Below, piece after piece: positions 27,573 to 36,377 of a DNA stretch of 64,000 nt. Numbering within the stretch: position 1 is the stretch's first letter; each line of letters begins with the position of its first letter. The DNA comes from a virus (lineage: Duplodnaviria > Caudoviricetes), in the IMG/VR virus record IMGVR_UViG_3300043077_000173, positions 1 through 64,000 of that record, one strand, 5' to 3'. The position numbers and the translations under genes are program-made. Under the pieces are notes generated by a model that worked only from the letters and a program-made list of their open reading frames with translations, did no database searches and had not been told where the DNA came from.

Positions 27573-28969
27573 AGTTTATCCCCTTGAAGACTTATTGATT
27601 GAATTGGAACAACAGTTACTTTACCACTTGAAGGATCTTTAACAATATATTTCTTATTGTTTTCATCAGAATCATCTATACCAACCATTTCTTGATCGGA
27701 TAAGCTTTTTGTGTCATCTTTCGGATCTTCAACGTTGACTTTCATACTGGAATTGGCAGAAAATGCATTCTTGACATTATCTTCCTTTTTCTTCATCTCA
27801 ATCGGATCTACTTCATTGTTGTTATCAGTATCATTTACAATCATATCCTCTAATAAAAGATCTAACTCAACATGATTCATATCTTCATATATAGGAGTTT
27901 GTAAACAATTGTTATATAAATCCTCTATCGCTTCAAGGATTTCTTTCTTATTTGTTGTCCCTAAAATACCATTGTCAACATATAGATAGCTTTTACCTTC
28001 AATGATTTTAAATGATACAAGACGATCATTAATTGTTAATGATGAAGGAAAATCATTTTCAACACATTCTTTGAAAAGCTTTACATCTTCAGTCATTTTC
28101 TTCTTTCTTTTCTTCGAAGCTTTTGGCATTACAGATGGAATAGCAGCAACACAAGAAGCACAAGTCGCTCCAGCGGTACAACACTCTTCGATTTCAGGCT
28201 GTGCATTATCTAATTTAGCGATTTTCGTTAAAGCAGATGACTTCAATGCTGATAAAGAATTTTGAATATTAGTATCTTTATATGTTTTAATTAAATCATC
28301 AATACGAGAAACCAATTGCTGTAAATCTTCTATGATATTTGATGAATCAATATGTTTTGTAAGCTCTGAAATCAAGCTGAATGAAGGTTCTTCCGCTTCT
28401 GTTACAGACTTTTCAGCTTGCTTTTCTTCTTTTGATAAATTGTTTAAAAACATTTCGATTTCAGCTTTTAACGGATAAATTGCTTGAGCAACATTTTGAC
28501 CATTGATAACTAAATCTGTGTTGAACTTTAAGCTTGAATCATTTACTTCACTTTGTTGAGCCATTCCTAAAAATGCCTTAGCAATATTTTGATTGGTTTT
28601 AGCACTAATGATGTTATATAAACCGCCCATACAGTTTGATGTAGATAATTTACCAGCAACTAATTCAATTAATTGGTTTAACTCCATGATTTGATTAAGA
28701 CTTAAATCAGAGGCTTCTGGTAAAGTATCTTCTTTCAATACTCTTTTAAAGCCTTTCTTAAACTGTTTAAAGCATTTATCATAGTTTCTGTCAGTTGTTC
28801 CTGCTACATATTCTAATAATTTCTTTTGCTTTTCATCTTTTGATAAAAGATAGCTTTCAGCAATAGATACAACATTTAATAAATCATTTGGCGATAAATC
28901 AAGTGTGTTCAAAAATCCAGAAAATTCTTCTTCATTCCTTGTGTTAAAAACATCATATATTGTAGACAT
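27569..28969 (-). CDS. hypothetical (probable head-associated) protein
   Basis: Start moved to ATG 28969 (AAGG RBS, TAAATA at 28999-29004); EECCTAGATCASCVA motif; several [LVM]xE motifs. Confidence 0.6.
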   Translation of the reverse strand: MSTIYDVFNTRNEEEFSGFLNTLDLSPNDLLNVVSIAESYLLSKDEKQKKLLEYVAGTTDRNYDKCFKQFKKGFKRVLKEDTLPEASDLSLNQIMELNQLIELVAGKLSTSNCMGGLYNIISAKTNQNIAKAFLGMAQQSEVNDSSLKFNTDLVINGQNVAQAIYPLKAEIEMFLNNLSKEEKQAEKSVTEAEEPSFSLISELTKHIDSSNIIEDLQQLVSRIDDLIKTYKDTNIQNSLSALKSSALTKIAKLDNAQPEIEECCTAGATCASCVAAIPSVMPKASKKRKKKMTEDVKLFKECVENDFPSSLTINDRLVSFKIIEGKSYLYVDNGILGTTNKKEILEAIEDLYNNCLQTPIYEDMNHVELDLLLEDMIVNDTDNNNEVDPIEMKKKEDNVKNAFSANSSMKVNVEDPKDDTKSLSDQEMVGIDDSDENNKKYIVKDPSSGKVTVVPIQSISLQGDKL

Positions 28970-29090
28970 TATAAAACCTTCATCATTTATTATAATGGTA
29001 TTTATTAGAAGATTTACGTCAATCATAAAAAGAAAGAGATGATTTAACAACCATCTCTTTTATTAAAGTTTTTATTAAATGCTTTACAAA

Positions 29091-29549
29091 TTAGAAAGCA
29101 ACTTCAACTTCAACCTTGCTGAATAATTTAACAGCTTTAGCGTCTTTGTCTTCGCCAAGAATATGACCTTCGTCATCAACTTTAACGACAACAGCTGGAA
29201 TTTCACCAAAGAGTTCTTCAATTTTAGCTTTAGCAGCTGCAACTAAATCACCTTTAGCTGAAACCTGCTGATCAACACCAAGACCACCTTTGCCATAAAC
29301 GTTTGCCTGTTCAAGTGTGAACTTCAAAACTTTGCCTTCAACTTTTGTAATAACTGGTTGACCACCATATGTTCTTAAAACTTCGAGAACACGGAGTAAG
29401 TTAGCTTGAGCTTCAGCAACTTCTTTAACGGAAGCACCTTCAGCAGCGGCTAGATCAACACCAGCTGTTAGTGTGAAAAATTGAATTGCACCATTGAGAT
29501 GATGTGCCTTAGCAGGAATCTCATAAGTTTTTCCAAAACCATAATCCAT
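29091..29549 (-). CDS. small Ala/Val/Gly-rich probable virion protein
   Basis: Own late-type box (29601-29606), AAGGA RBS, downstream hairpin, codon bias resembling the capsid gene. Confidence 0.6.
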   Translation of the reverse strand: MDYGFGKTYEIPAKAHHLNGAIQFFTLTAGVDLAAAEGASVKEVAEAQANLLRVLEVLRTYGGQPVITKVEGKVLKFTLEQANVYGKGGLGVDQQVSAKGDLVAAAKAKIEELFGEIPAVVVKVDDEGHILGEDKDAKAVKLFSKVEVEVAF

Positions 29550-29685
29550 TTTATTTTCCTTATATAATATGTAATGCTAATTGATTTCAGCATCTGTAAT
29601 TATTTATTATGTTCGTAGAAAATTGTAGAAAAGAAATATTAAAATACTTTATGATAACTACAATAAGGTTATTGAGGTTAATATT

Positions 29686-30717
29686 ATGAATCATATGGAA
29701 ATAGATTATTCAAAATTATCAAGGGATTATCGTAAAGAACCATTAGGTACATATTCAATGTATGAAAAGCCTTGTAAAGAAGACTTATTATACCTATACA
29801 TTGACCTCAACTTGTCTGTCAAAGAAGTTGGTGAAATTATCGGTCGTAAAGTATGGGCAACAAGAAAATATCTTAAATCGTATGGAATAACTAAAGATAT
29901 TAATTCTGTTACGGAAACTCGTAAGCGTACAAAATTATCAAAATATGGTGATCCAAATTTTACAAATCGTGAAAAATTTATACACACTTGTCAAGAAAAA
30001 TATGGTGTCAATAATGTTTTTAGCTTAGATGATGTTAAAGAAAAAATTAAAAATCATTGGTTAGAAACAATTGGTACTGAATACTATTCATCAACAAAAG
30101 AATGCCGTGAAAAAATGAAGAAAACAAGCATTGAAATATACGGTGTCGAATATCCTAATCAAGCAAATGTTATTAAAGAAAAACGTAAAAACACTAATAT
30201 TTCAAAATATGGTTATCCTTCAAATTCTCAAACACAAGAATTTAAAGATATGTGGAAAAATAAAGAATGGGCTGATAAAGTAAAAGAAAAATCATATAAA
30301 TCAAGAAAAATTAATCATTCATTTAAGCAGTCTAAAGCAGAAGATTTATCATATGAATTAACAAAAAGTATTTTTCCAGATGCTCAACATCAATATTCTT
30401 CTGAACTATACCCATTCAATAGTGATATATACATTCCAGAAATAGACACTTATATAGAATTAAACTATCATTGGACACATGGTATTAATTCAAACGGGTT
30501 CCATTGTCATTGTCCATATGATGAAAATAATGATGAGCATAAACGTTGTGTCAACTTTTTGTTAAGTAAAAATTCTCCATATTATCTAAATGCTGTTAAA
30601 GTATGGACTATAAGAGATCCATTAAAGCGTAAAATAGCTCAAGATAACGGTATAAATTTTCAAGAATTTTATACAAAACAAGATTATATAGATTGGTTGG
30701 AACAATTTAAGCAATAA
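29686..30717 (+). CDS. free-standing homing-endonuclease-like protein (HTH, KYG repeats, PD-(D/E)xK-type nuclease)
   Basis: RDY..PL..EKP.KEDL.YLYI N-domain; KYG repeats; SKAE...YPFNSDIYIP...IELNYHWTHG...RDPLKR. Confidence 0.75.
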   Translation: MNHMEIDYSKLSRDYRKEPLGTYSMYEKPCKEDLLYLYIDLNLSVKEVGEIIGRKVWATRKYLKSYGITKDINSVTETRKRTKLSKYGDPNFTNREKFIHTCQEKYGVNNVFSLDDVKEKIKNHWLETIGTEYYSSTKECREKMKKTSIEIYGVEYPNQANVIKEKRKNTNISKYGYPSNSQTQEFKDMWKNKEWADKVKEKSYKSRKINHSFKQSKAEDLSYELTKSIFPDAQHQYSSELYPFNSDIYIPEIDTYIELNYHWTHGINSNGFHCHCPYDENNDEHKRCVNFLLSKNSPYYLNAVKVWTIRDPLKRKIAQDNGINFQEFYTKQDYIDWLEQFKQ

Positions 30718-30718
30718 C

Positions 30719-31543
30719 TCATTCTATTCCCTCTATATTTTCTTTAAGATATTTGTATAATCTCATTACTGATATTTTCTTAGCAGAAATAGAACTCACA
30801 AATTCTCTTATCTTATTAAACTCTAGTAAATCCTTCATTTGCTGTAAATATTCCTTATTATGGCAGTAAAAATATACCTCTTGAGCATATTGCCCTACAT
30901 ATTCTGGAACTTTTCCTAAACAACCATTACCCCAATTACACATAGCATAATCATAATCTTCTTTAATTGGTTTATTTTCTGCTGTTTGATAATCACCTTT
31001 CTTTCTACGATGTTCAATTATCGTAATATCCTTTAATGTATAGTCTGGTTGTGGATTTAATAAACCATTTACAGGTCGTTTGTATATATTAAAGCAACAA
31101 TGTAAATCTCTATCAGAATATTTTATTAATCCTAAATCTTCTGAATAAATCAAGTCAAATTGATACATCTGTAGGTTATTCTTAAATTGTGATATTGGCT
31201 GAATAAACGCTATATAATCTCCTATTTCACAACATTTTTGGTAAAACTTTCTTGATAAATTATTATTTGTACCAAATGGTGGATTACCTATACATAATCT
31301 TCCTTTTTTATAGTCTATCTTCTCTTGTAAAAAGTCTGCCTTAATAATACCGTCTGCTTCTGGTTCAATATCATAAGCAGTACACTTCATTTGTGAGCTA
31401 AATGATCCATTACCAGCAGAAGGTTCAACAATATCCGTAATATCATTTACATTATATTGAAATAAAATGATTATTGTTTTTTCAAACAACTGTTTAGCTA
31501 AATCTTTTGGCGTATAATATTTGTCATTAACAATTTTAGACAT
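30719..31543 (-). CDS. N6-adenine DNA methyltransferase (gamma-type, no obvious cognate restriction enzyme)
   Basis: YYTP, VEPSAGNGSF (motif I), GNPPFG (motif IV). Confidence 0.88.
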   Translation of the reverse strand: MSKIVNDKYYTPKDLAKQLFEKTIIILFQYNVNDITDIVEPSAGNGSFSSQMKCTAYDIEPEADGIIKADFLQEKIDYKKGRLCIGNPPFGTNNNLSRKFYQKCCEIGDYIAFIQPISQFKNNLQMYQFDLIYSEDLGLIKYSDRDLHCCFNIYKRPVNGLLNPQPDYTLKDITIIEHRRKKGDYQTAENKPIKEDYDYAMCNWGNGCLGKVPEYVGQYAQEVYFYCHNKEYLQQMKDLLEFNKIREFVSSISAKKISVMRLYKYLKENIEGIE

Positions 31544-31572
31544 TAAAAAATCCTCAAAAAATCTTTGAGGAT

Positions 31573-31601
31573 AGTTTACAATTACAGCAACAATTTGTCA
31601 A
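31573..31601 (-). promoter_or_regulatory. sigma70-type promoter for the methyltransferase
   Basis: TTGACA-N17-TAAACT. Confidence 0.65.
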
Positions 31602-31655
31602 TATAAAGAATCTATTACAACAAAATTTACGTAAATTCTTGTCATAAATACCCGT

Positions 31656-32102
31656 ATGATAGACTTTAATGAAATAAAAGAGAAAATCCTTAACGATGAA
31701 GACTTTGCAAATGCTACAGAATATCTTCTAAGTAAAGCTTTACTCTCTCAAAAGCTTCCTCAATTAAAGTTTTTCTACAAAAAGCATAAAATAGTCTTAG
31801 GGCAAAATGGTTTATTCACAGTTTACCAACCAGATGGGTTAAAATTAGCGAGTAAAATCCATTATCAAGAAACTGCTAAATATATAATTCTTAATCGGGA
31901 AAAATTTGGAAATATACAGTCAATTCAAAGGATTGAATCAGAACTGTTTAGATACAAAGATAAAATAGAATTTTTCTTGAAATACAATCAAAAAGTTCAA
32001 TCAGAAATCATTGAAGGAAAGATTCAATCAATGATGGACTACTATCATTTATATAAAAACTCTCTTATTGAAAGATTACGGGATTATAACTTATGTGAGT
32101 AA
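31656..32102 (+). CDS. hypothetical protein
   Basis: 148-aa ORF; TAAATA immediately upstream; convergent overlap with the greA-like gene. Confidence 0.6.
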   Translation: MIDFNEIKEKILNDEDFANATEYLLSKALLSQKLPQLKFFYKKHKIVLGQNGLFTVYQPDGLKLASKIHYQETAKYIILNREKFGNIQSIQRIESELFRYKDKIEFFLKYNQKVQSEIIEGKIQSMMDYYHLYKNSLIERLRDYNLCE

Positions 32103-32538
32103 TTTCCCATTCTCTGTTATTAAATTCGAAAATATCACCAGTATTTAAGCCAATCATTTGTCTAACAATTGGTGCTTCACATGATAATCTGCCTTCATTT
32201 ACATCAGATTCCCATACACTAACGATTGTAAAACGTTTTAAAACGTGTGTATCACAGTCTTCTATTTCTACTGTTGAACCAAACGTTACTTTATCGTCTT
32301 GACACATCGTTTTTTCAAAAACTTGACAATCTTTTAAGATATTGGTCATCTCAAGAATCTTTTTATCAATCATATCTTGAGCTTCTAATGCTTGCATATA
32401 CTCTGGATCATCCTCTACAACACCAATGGGTCTAACTTCTTCTATTCTTTGTGTAACACGAGGTCTATCAACAGTCTTTAATACTGCTAATTCATCTAAT
32501 AGTCTGGTGAACCCTTTATGTGTAAGCATTATTGTCAT
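32065..32538 (-). CDS. greA: GreA/GreB-family transcription factor with divergent tip
   Basis: LT..GF..L..EL..LKTVDRP, EY..A.E.Q, VTFGSTV, G.LS...PI...IG...GD; start moved to ATG 32538 (AGGA RBS). Confidence 0.85.
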   Translation of the reverse strand: MTIMLTHKGFTRLLDELAVLKTVDRPRVTQRIEEVRPIGVVEDDPEYMQALEAQDMIDKKILEMTNILKDCQVFEKTMCQDDKVTFGSTVEIEDCDTHVLKRFTIVSVWESDVNEGRLSCEAPIVRQMIGLNTGDIFEFNNREWEITHISYNPVIFQ

Positions 32539-32616
32539 TATTCTTATCCTAATAGTCAAAGGGAAAAATGCTTTTAATAACACTTTCCCCATTGTTTTTC
32601 ATCGTTTATTTATTTT

Positions 32617-32916
32617 TTACATCTTGTAAACAACTTGTAATGCAGTTTCTACCTCATCCAAATCATTTTTTGACTTTTCAATGTCTTCTTTGTTCTTAAT
32701 ATATGCTTTAGCCATCTTTGCAAATAAAGCTGGTTTTACTTTAGCCTCATCGTCTACAGTATTTTCATTTAAACGATCTGCTAACCCTTTATGGTTCTCT
32801 TTCATATGCTCCTGAAGATCTTTAATCTGATTCATGCATTCAACAGTGTCATCTACAATCTGTTTAATCGCATTCTTTTCATCTTCGTTGAAGTTCCTTA
32901 CGTCAAATACACTCAT
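32617..32916 (-). CDS. T4 DsbA-like double-stranded DNA-binding protein
   Basis: 99-aa helical protein; IK..V......QI....E.MKE and F.KMAKAY pattern. Confidence 0.6.
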   Translation of the reverse strand: MSVFDVRNFNEDEKNAIKQIVDDTVECMNQIKDLQEHMKENHKGLADRLNENTVDDEAKVKPALFAKMAKAYIKNKEDIEKSKNDLDEVETALQVVYKM

Positions 32917-32925
32917 TTCTACCTC

Positions 32926-33249
32926 TTAATTTTTAATAACACTATTAATCCATTCTACTAGCTTCTCATAGTTAGTACTAATATCTCTTTCAAATTGCTC
33001 GGCTTTATATTTTTTACTAACCAGAAGAACAACTGGTACATAATTATACCCGAGTTTAGTCATAATGTCAATATTTTTACAAAAATAATAATCTAAATCT
33101 TCGAAAACAAGTTTTTGCTCCATCGTTTTTAAATGCTCGTCAACGTATAAGCATGCAACACACGATTTAGGCATACCAAACTCTATGATAGAAGATTTAC
33201 CAGAAGCTTCTATCTTTTGAAGCTCTTTTAAATCATTTATTTCTTTCAT
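32926..33249 (-). CDS. thioredoxin-like protein
   Basis: IIEFG...CVAC (CxxC) and VP cis-Pro motif. Confidence 0.65.
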   Translation of the reverse strand: MKEINDLKELQKIEASGKSSIIEFGMPKSCVACLYVDEHLKTMEQKLVFEDLDYYFCKNIDIMTKLGYNYVPVVLLVSKKYKAEQFERDISTNYEKLVEWINSVIKN

Positions 33250-33442
33250 TTTTTAGCTGTTCCTTGCTTTCATTAAGTTTTGCAAAATCAATGTTTTCAA
33301 GACTTTCTTCAGTATCGTCTCTTTTAACGATCCAACCTAAAGTCTTTTTTCCATTTCCTTTATCAATCCTTCTACGCAAAAAATAGTAGTTATCCCTTGT
33401 GTAATTCTTTAGACTCAAAATCATTTCTTCAAGATTCTTCAT
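33233..33442 (-). CDS. hypothetical protein
   Basis: 69-aa first gene of the operon; AAGGA RBS; TTGACA-N17-TATATT upstream. Confidence 0.6.
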   Translation of the reverse strand: MKNLEEMILSLKNYTRDNYYFLRRRIDKGNGKKTLGWIVKRDDTEESLENIDFAKLNESKEQLKNERNK

Positions 33443-33568
33443 TTAAAATCCTTAATATATCATTTACGGGGAAATATTTATTCCTCAATATCTGTAATAT
33501 AATAGCTGATAACCGATTTGTCAATAAAATTATGGTAAATAGTATCAGAATCATTAAGGATAAATCTT

Positions 33569-34726
33569 ATGGGAAGCACTAATTTTCATCTTTATCAAAA
33601 ACAAAGAGGTCAAAACTACAACTACATTGATCGTGTATTGAAATCATACATTATGCAAGGTGGTGGTATTTTTTATCTATACCCTATGGTTGCGGTTGTT
33701 GGTTCTGACAATGTTGAACACGCTATTGGTGAAAATGGTTTAGTAGTTTCTGATGCGGTTTTGAATGAAAACCCTAAACGCAAATACTCTAGAGAGGTTT
33801 TTGAATTATGGGGTGTTACACAGATGAAAGCACCATCTTGGCAATACGTTTTAGCTGGCTTGACAGATGCAGATTCTGATGAAAAACAACTTATCCTTCA
33901 CTATAACTCGATGATTGCTCAAATTGGTCGTAAAATCATTGCTGGTGATGTTATTGAAATCACTTGGCTAAGAGATCTTGATGTATTAGGCTCTGATAAA
34001 GCACAAAATAAATTCTATCAGGTAACAACTTCTCAAAGATATGATGAGGCTTGGGATCCTAACTACAAATATCATCTCTGGGAACTCAAAATAAAGCCTC
34101 TGACAGCATCTCCGGAATTTTCCGACTTATATAACACTGGTGAAGAAAACGACTTCTACGAGGATTACGGGTCGGCTAATGGTGGCGGTGGTTTGAGTCA
34201 AGAAAATACCACATCTAGTAATGAATTAGCTATAATGGATTCAATTCTTGATGAGGCGGAAGAGAATGGACCTTCATTCAGATTGCATGATGAACACCAC
34301 GTTTATCTCGATGAAAATGATAAGCTATATGTCGAAAATCTATTTGTCCCACAAGGAACAGATGGTATACCAAATCAGTTGAACTGTACTGATATCGTTT
34401 TCGGTGAAGAATTTCCTGAATCATTTGAAGAAGATGGATATTTCTTACGTACAGACTATAATCCTCCAAGGCTTTATAAACGTTTGGTAAATCGTTGGCA
34501 GTTGGTAGAGTTTGATAATCGTGAAAAATGGACTGGTTGTCCAGCTATTCTTCGTTCTCATATCAATAACGACTCAACATTTATCAATGAATCTGATGAA
34601 ACTGTTAAATCACAGCAAAATATCAAAGATTTAGTAAAAGCAAGAATTAAAAAAGAAAATGGTAAATCAAGAGATTGGAAAAAAATTAGTAAAATTCGCC
34701 CAGATGATGTACCAACAGGTATTTAG
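33569..34726 (+). CDS. neck/head-completion protein (T4 gp14-like)
   Basis: ENPKRKY, GRKIIAGDVIE, HLW.LK.KPL..S.EF, LRTDYNP.RLY motifs; TAAATA at 33536-33541. Confidence 0.7.
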   Translation: MGSTNFHLYQKQRGQNYNYIDRVLKSYIMQGGGIFYLYPMVAVVGSDNVEHAIGENGLVVSDAVLNENPKRKYSREVFELWGVTQMKAPSWQYVLAGLTDADSDEKQLILHYNSMIAQIGRKIIAGDVIEITWLRDLDVLGSDKAQNKFYQVTTSQRYDEAWDPNYKYHLWELKIKPLTASPEFSDLYNTGEENDFYEDYGSANGGGGLSQENTTSSNELAIMDSILDEAEENGPSFRLHDEHHVYLDENDKLYVENLFVPQGTDGIPNQLNCTDIVFGEEFPESFEEDGYFLRTDYNPPRLYKRLVNRWQLVEFDNREKWTGCPAILRSHINNDSTFINESDETVKSQQNIKDLVKARIKKENGKSRDWKKISKIRPDDVPTGI

Positions 34727-35109
34727 ATCTTTTGATTTTTCTCTTTATATTCAATAGATTGAGTATAATGTTCAACACCATACTTTTTCTTCATGGTTTT
34801 TCTGGTTTTTTCTTTAACATCCTCTAATTGAAAAGGATTATCAACACCTTTTGTCTTGTTCAAGGTTTTCTTTTGGTTTTCATAAACCATTTTTCGGTCT
34901 TTTTTAATACCATATTCGGCTAAAACGTCTTGTAACATCCGTTTATTGTAGTTCAAATAGGCAGACAATTCATTAATAGACATATTCTGATCAATATAAA
35001 GCTCTATCAAATCCTCTTTATAAGGCTTTTCTCTAGATCTTGTTGAACCGTTTGTAATATATCCTAAAGGTTGTTTAGTATAATCTCTTATCATTTGTTC
35101 CACACCCAT
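34723..35109 (-). CDS. nuclease-less paralogue of the homing-endonuclease-like family (HTH plus KYG repeats only)
   Basis: RDYTKQPL..EKPYKEDLIELYI; ends after two repeats; probable start ATG 35094 overlapping the upstream TGA. Confidence 0.7.
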   Translation of the reverse strand: MGVEQMIRDYTKQPLGYITNGSTRSREKPYKEDLIELYIDQNMSINELSAYLNYNKRMLQDVLAEYGIKKDRKMVYENQKKTLNKTKGVDNPFQLEDVKEKTRKTMKKKYGVEHYTQSIEYKEKNQKI

Positions 35110-36377
35110 ACTTTATTGCCACAATCGTATATCTTGTAATAGCCCAATTTATGCATAATATCGGCTTCTGATTTTCCAGAATAGCCTTCAAGAACAAGCT
35201 TATGTTTCTGACATTTATATCTTGATAAAACCTCATAATGCTTATTCCATACATAGTTTGGCTCACTTATTCTATCGAGTTTAAATCCAAGCATTTCATA
35301 TAAATTCCCTCGTGTATGAGCAAGATTTGAATAGCTTATAATAGACTCTGGCTTGTAAGTCTTTATAAAAGCTTTAAATAATCTACTAGCAGCACCATTT
35401 ACGGTATAACCTGCTTTAGAACAATATCGTGAAAGCTCCCATTGATACTTTTTATTAAACCTTGGCTTACAAAATGTCATCAAAGACACTAATTCATCAT
35501 TATAATAAAGGCCTAATTTAACATTACTCTTATCATTTCCTTGTAAATGATTTAGCTCAAGAAATTCACGTTTTTCTTTATTGTTAACCTCTTTAACTAC
35601 ACATTTTCTAGCACCAATCTTTATCTCATTGATTTTCAATAAATTATTTAACTGGTTAATGATTTTATCTTTTTTGGTAAGCCATTCATATTCAAAGACA
35701 TGATACAAAAATATCCCCTTTTCTTCAGCTTTTAGTGACTTCTGTTGATGATAATTCTCTTTAACCCTATTCTCGTTATGCCAATAATTTCCATTAAATT
35801 CTACGCCAATTTTAAGCTCAGGAATGTATATATCAATCTCTTGATTTTCAAGATATTCTTTAGTATTATTCTCGGTTTTATAGAATTTATTGATATACTC
35901 TCGTAATCGTTTTTCTTCCAACGATCCGCTATGATTCATCAAATTCTTTAAGTGATAATTTACGATATATCTTCTAGCTACAGCATTCGAAATATTAAGA
36001 TATTCAGCCAATTCGGTACCAGACTCGATGTTATTATCTTTAATAAACTGTTCAAGAATCTCTTTATTATCAAGTATTTCAGAAACACCTTCTCCATAAT
36101 GAATTCTCTGAAATGATTTCTCTCCATACTTGTCTTGTAAAGTATTTTGGCGGATCATAGTAACAGATTCTTTACGTTCAAGGTTGTACAAGTCAACATA
36201 CTTCTTTACATATTTTCTTGAAACCCCTAAATATTTTCCAATAGCGTCTAAAGATAAGCATTTAACACAAAAAAGATACTCTAAATCTTCTTTATCAATG
36301 CTCTCATAACACGCTTTACCAAAAATATACTGTAAAGGTTGTTTAGTATAATCTCTCTTTAAGCCTTCCATACCCAA
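35091..36377 (-). CDS. Hef-like endonuclease with C-terminal Mom/GNAT-like domain
   Basis: EIDIYIPELKIGVEFNGNYWH nuclease; ARKC..NHLQG..ELSRYC..GAASRLF..ISYS..LY..LGF..IYDCG. Confidence 0.78.
   Translation of the reverse strand: MGMEGLKRDYTKQPLQYIFGKACYESIDKEDLEYLFCVKCLSLDAIGKYLGVSRKYVKKYVDLYNLERKESVTMIRQNTLQDKYGEKSFQRIHYGEGVSEILDNKEILEQFIKDNNIESGTELAEYLNISNAVARRYIVNYHLKNLMNHSGSLEEKRLREYINKFYKTENNTKEYLENQEIDIYIPELKIGVEFNGNYWHNENRVKENYHQQKSLKAEEKGIFLYHVFEYEWLTKKDKIINQLNNLLKINEIKIGARKCVVKEVNNKEKREFLELNHLQGNDKSNVKLGLYYNDELVSLMTFCKPRFNKKYQWELSRYCSKAGYTVNGAASRLFKAFIKTYKPESIISYSNLAHTRGNLYEMLGFKLDRISEPNYVWNKHYEVLSRYKCQKHKLVLEGYSGKSEADIMHKLGYYKIYDCGNKVWVWNK

Noticed and set aside
28970-29050. N-terminal extension of the 493-aa ORF
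   Set aside because: It overlaps a terminator-like hairpin and the late promoter; ATG 28969 has an RBS
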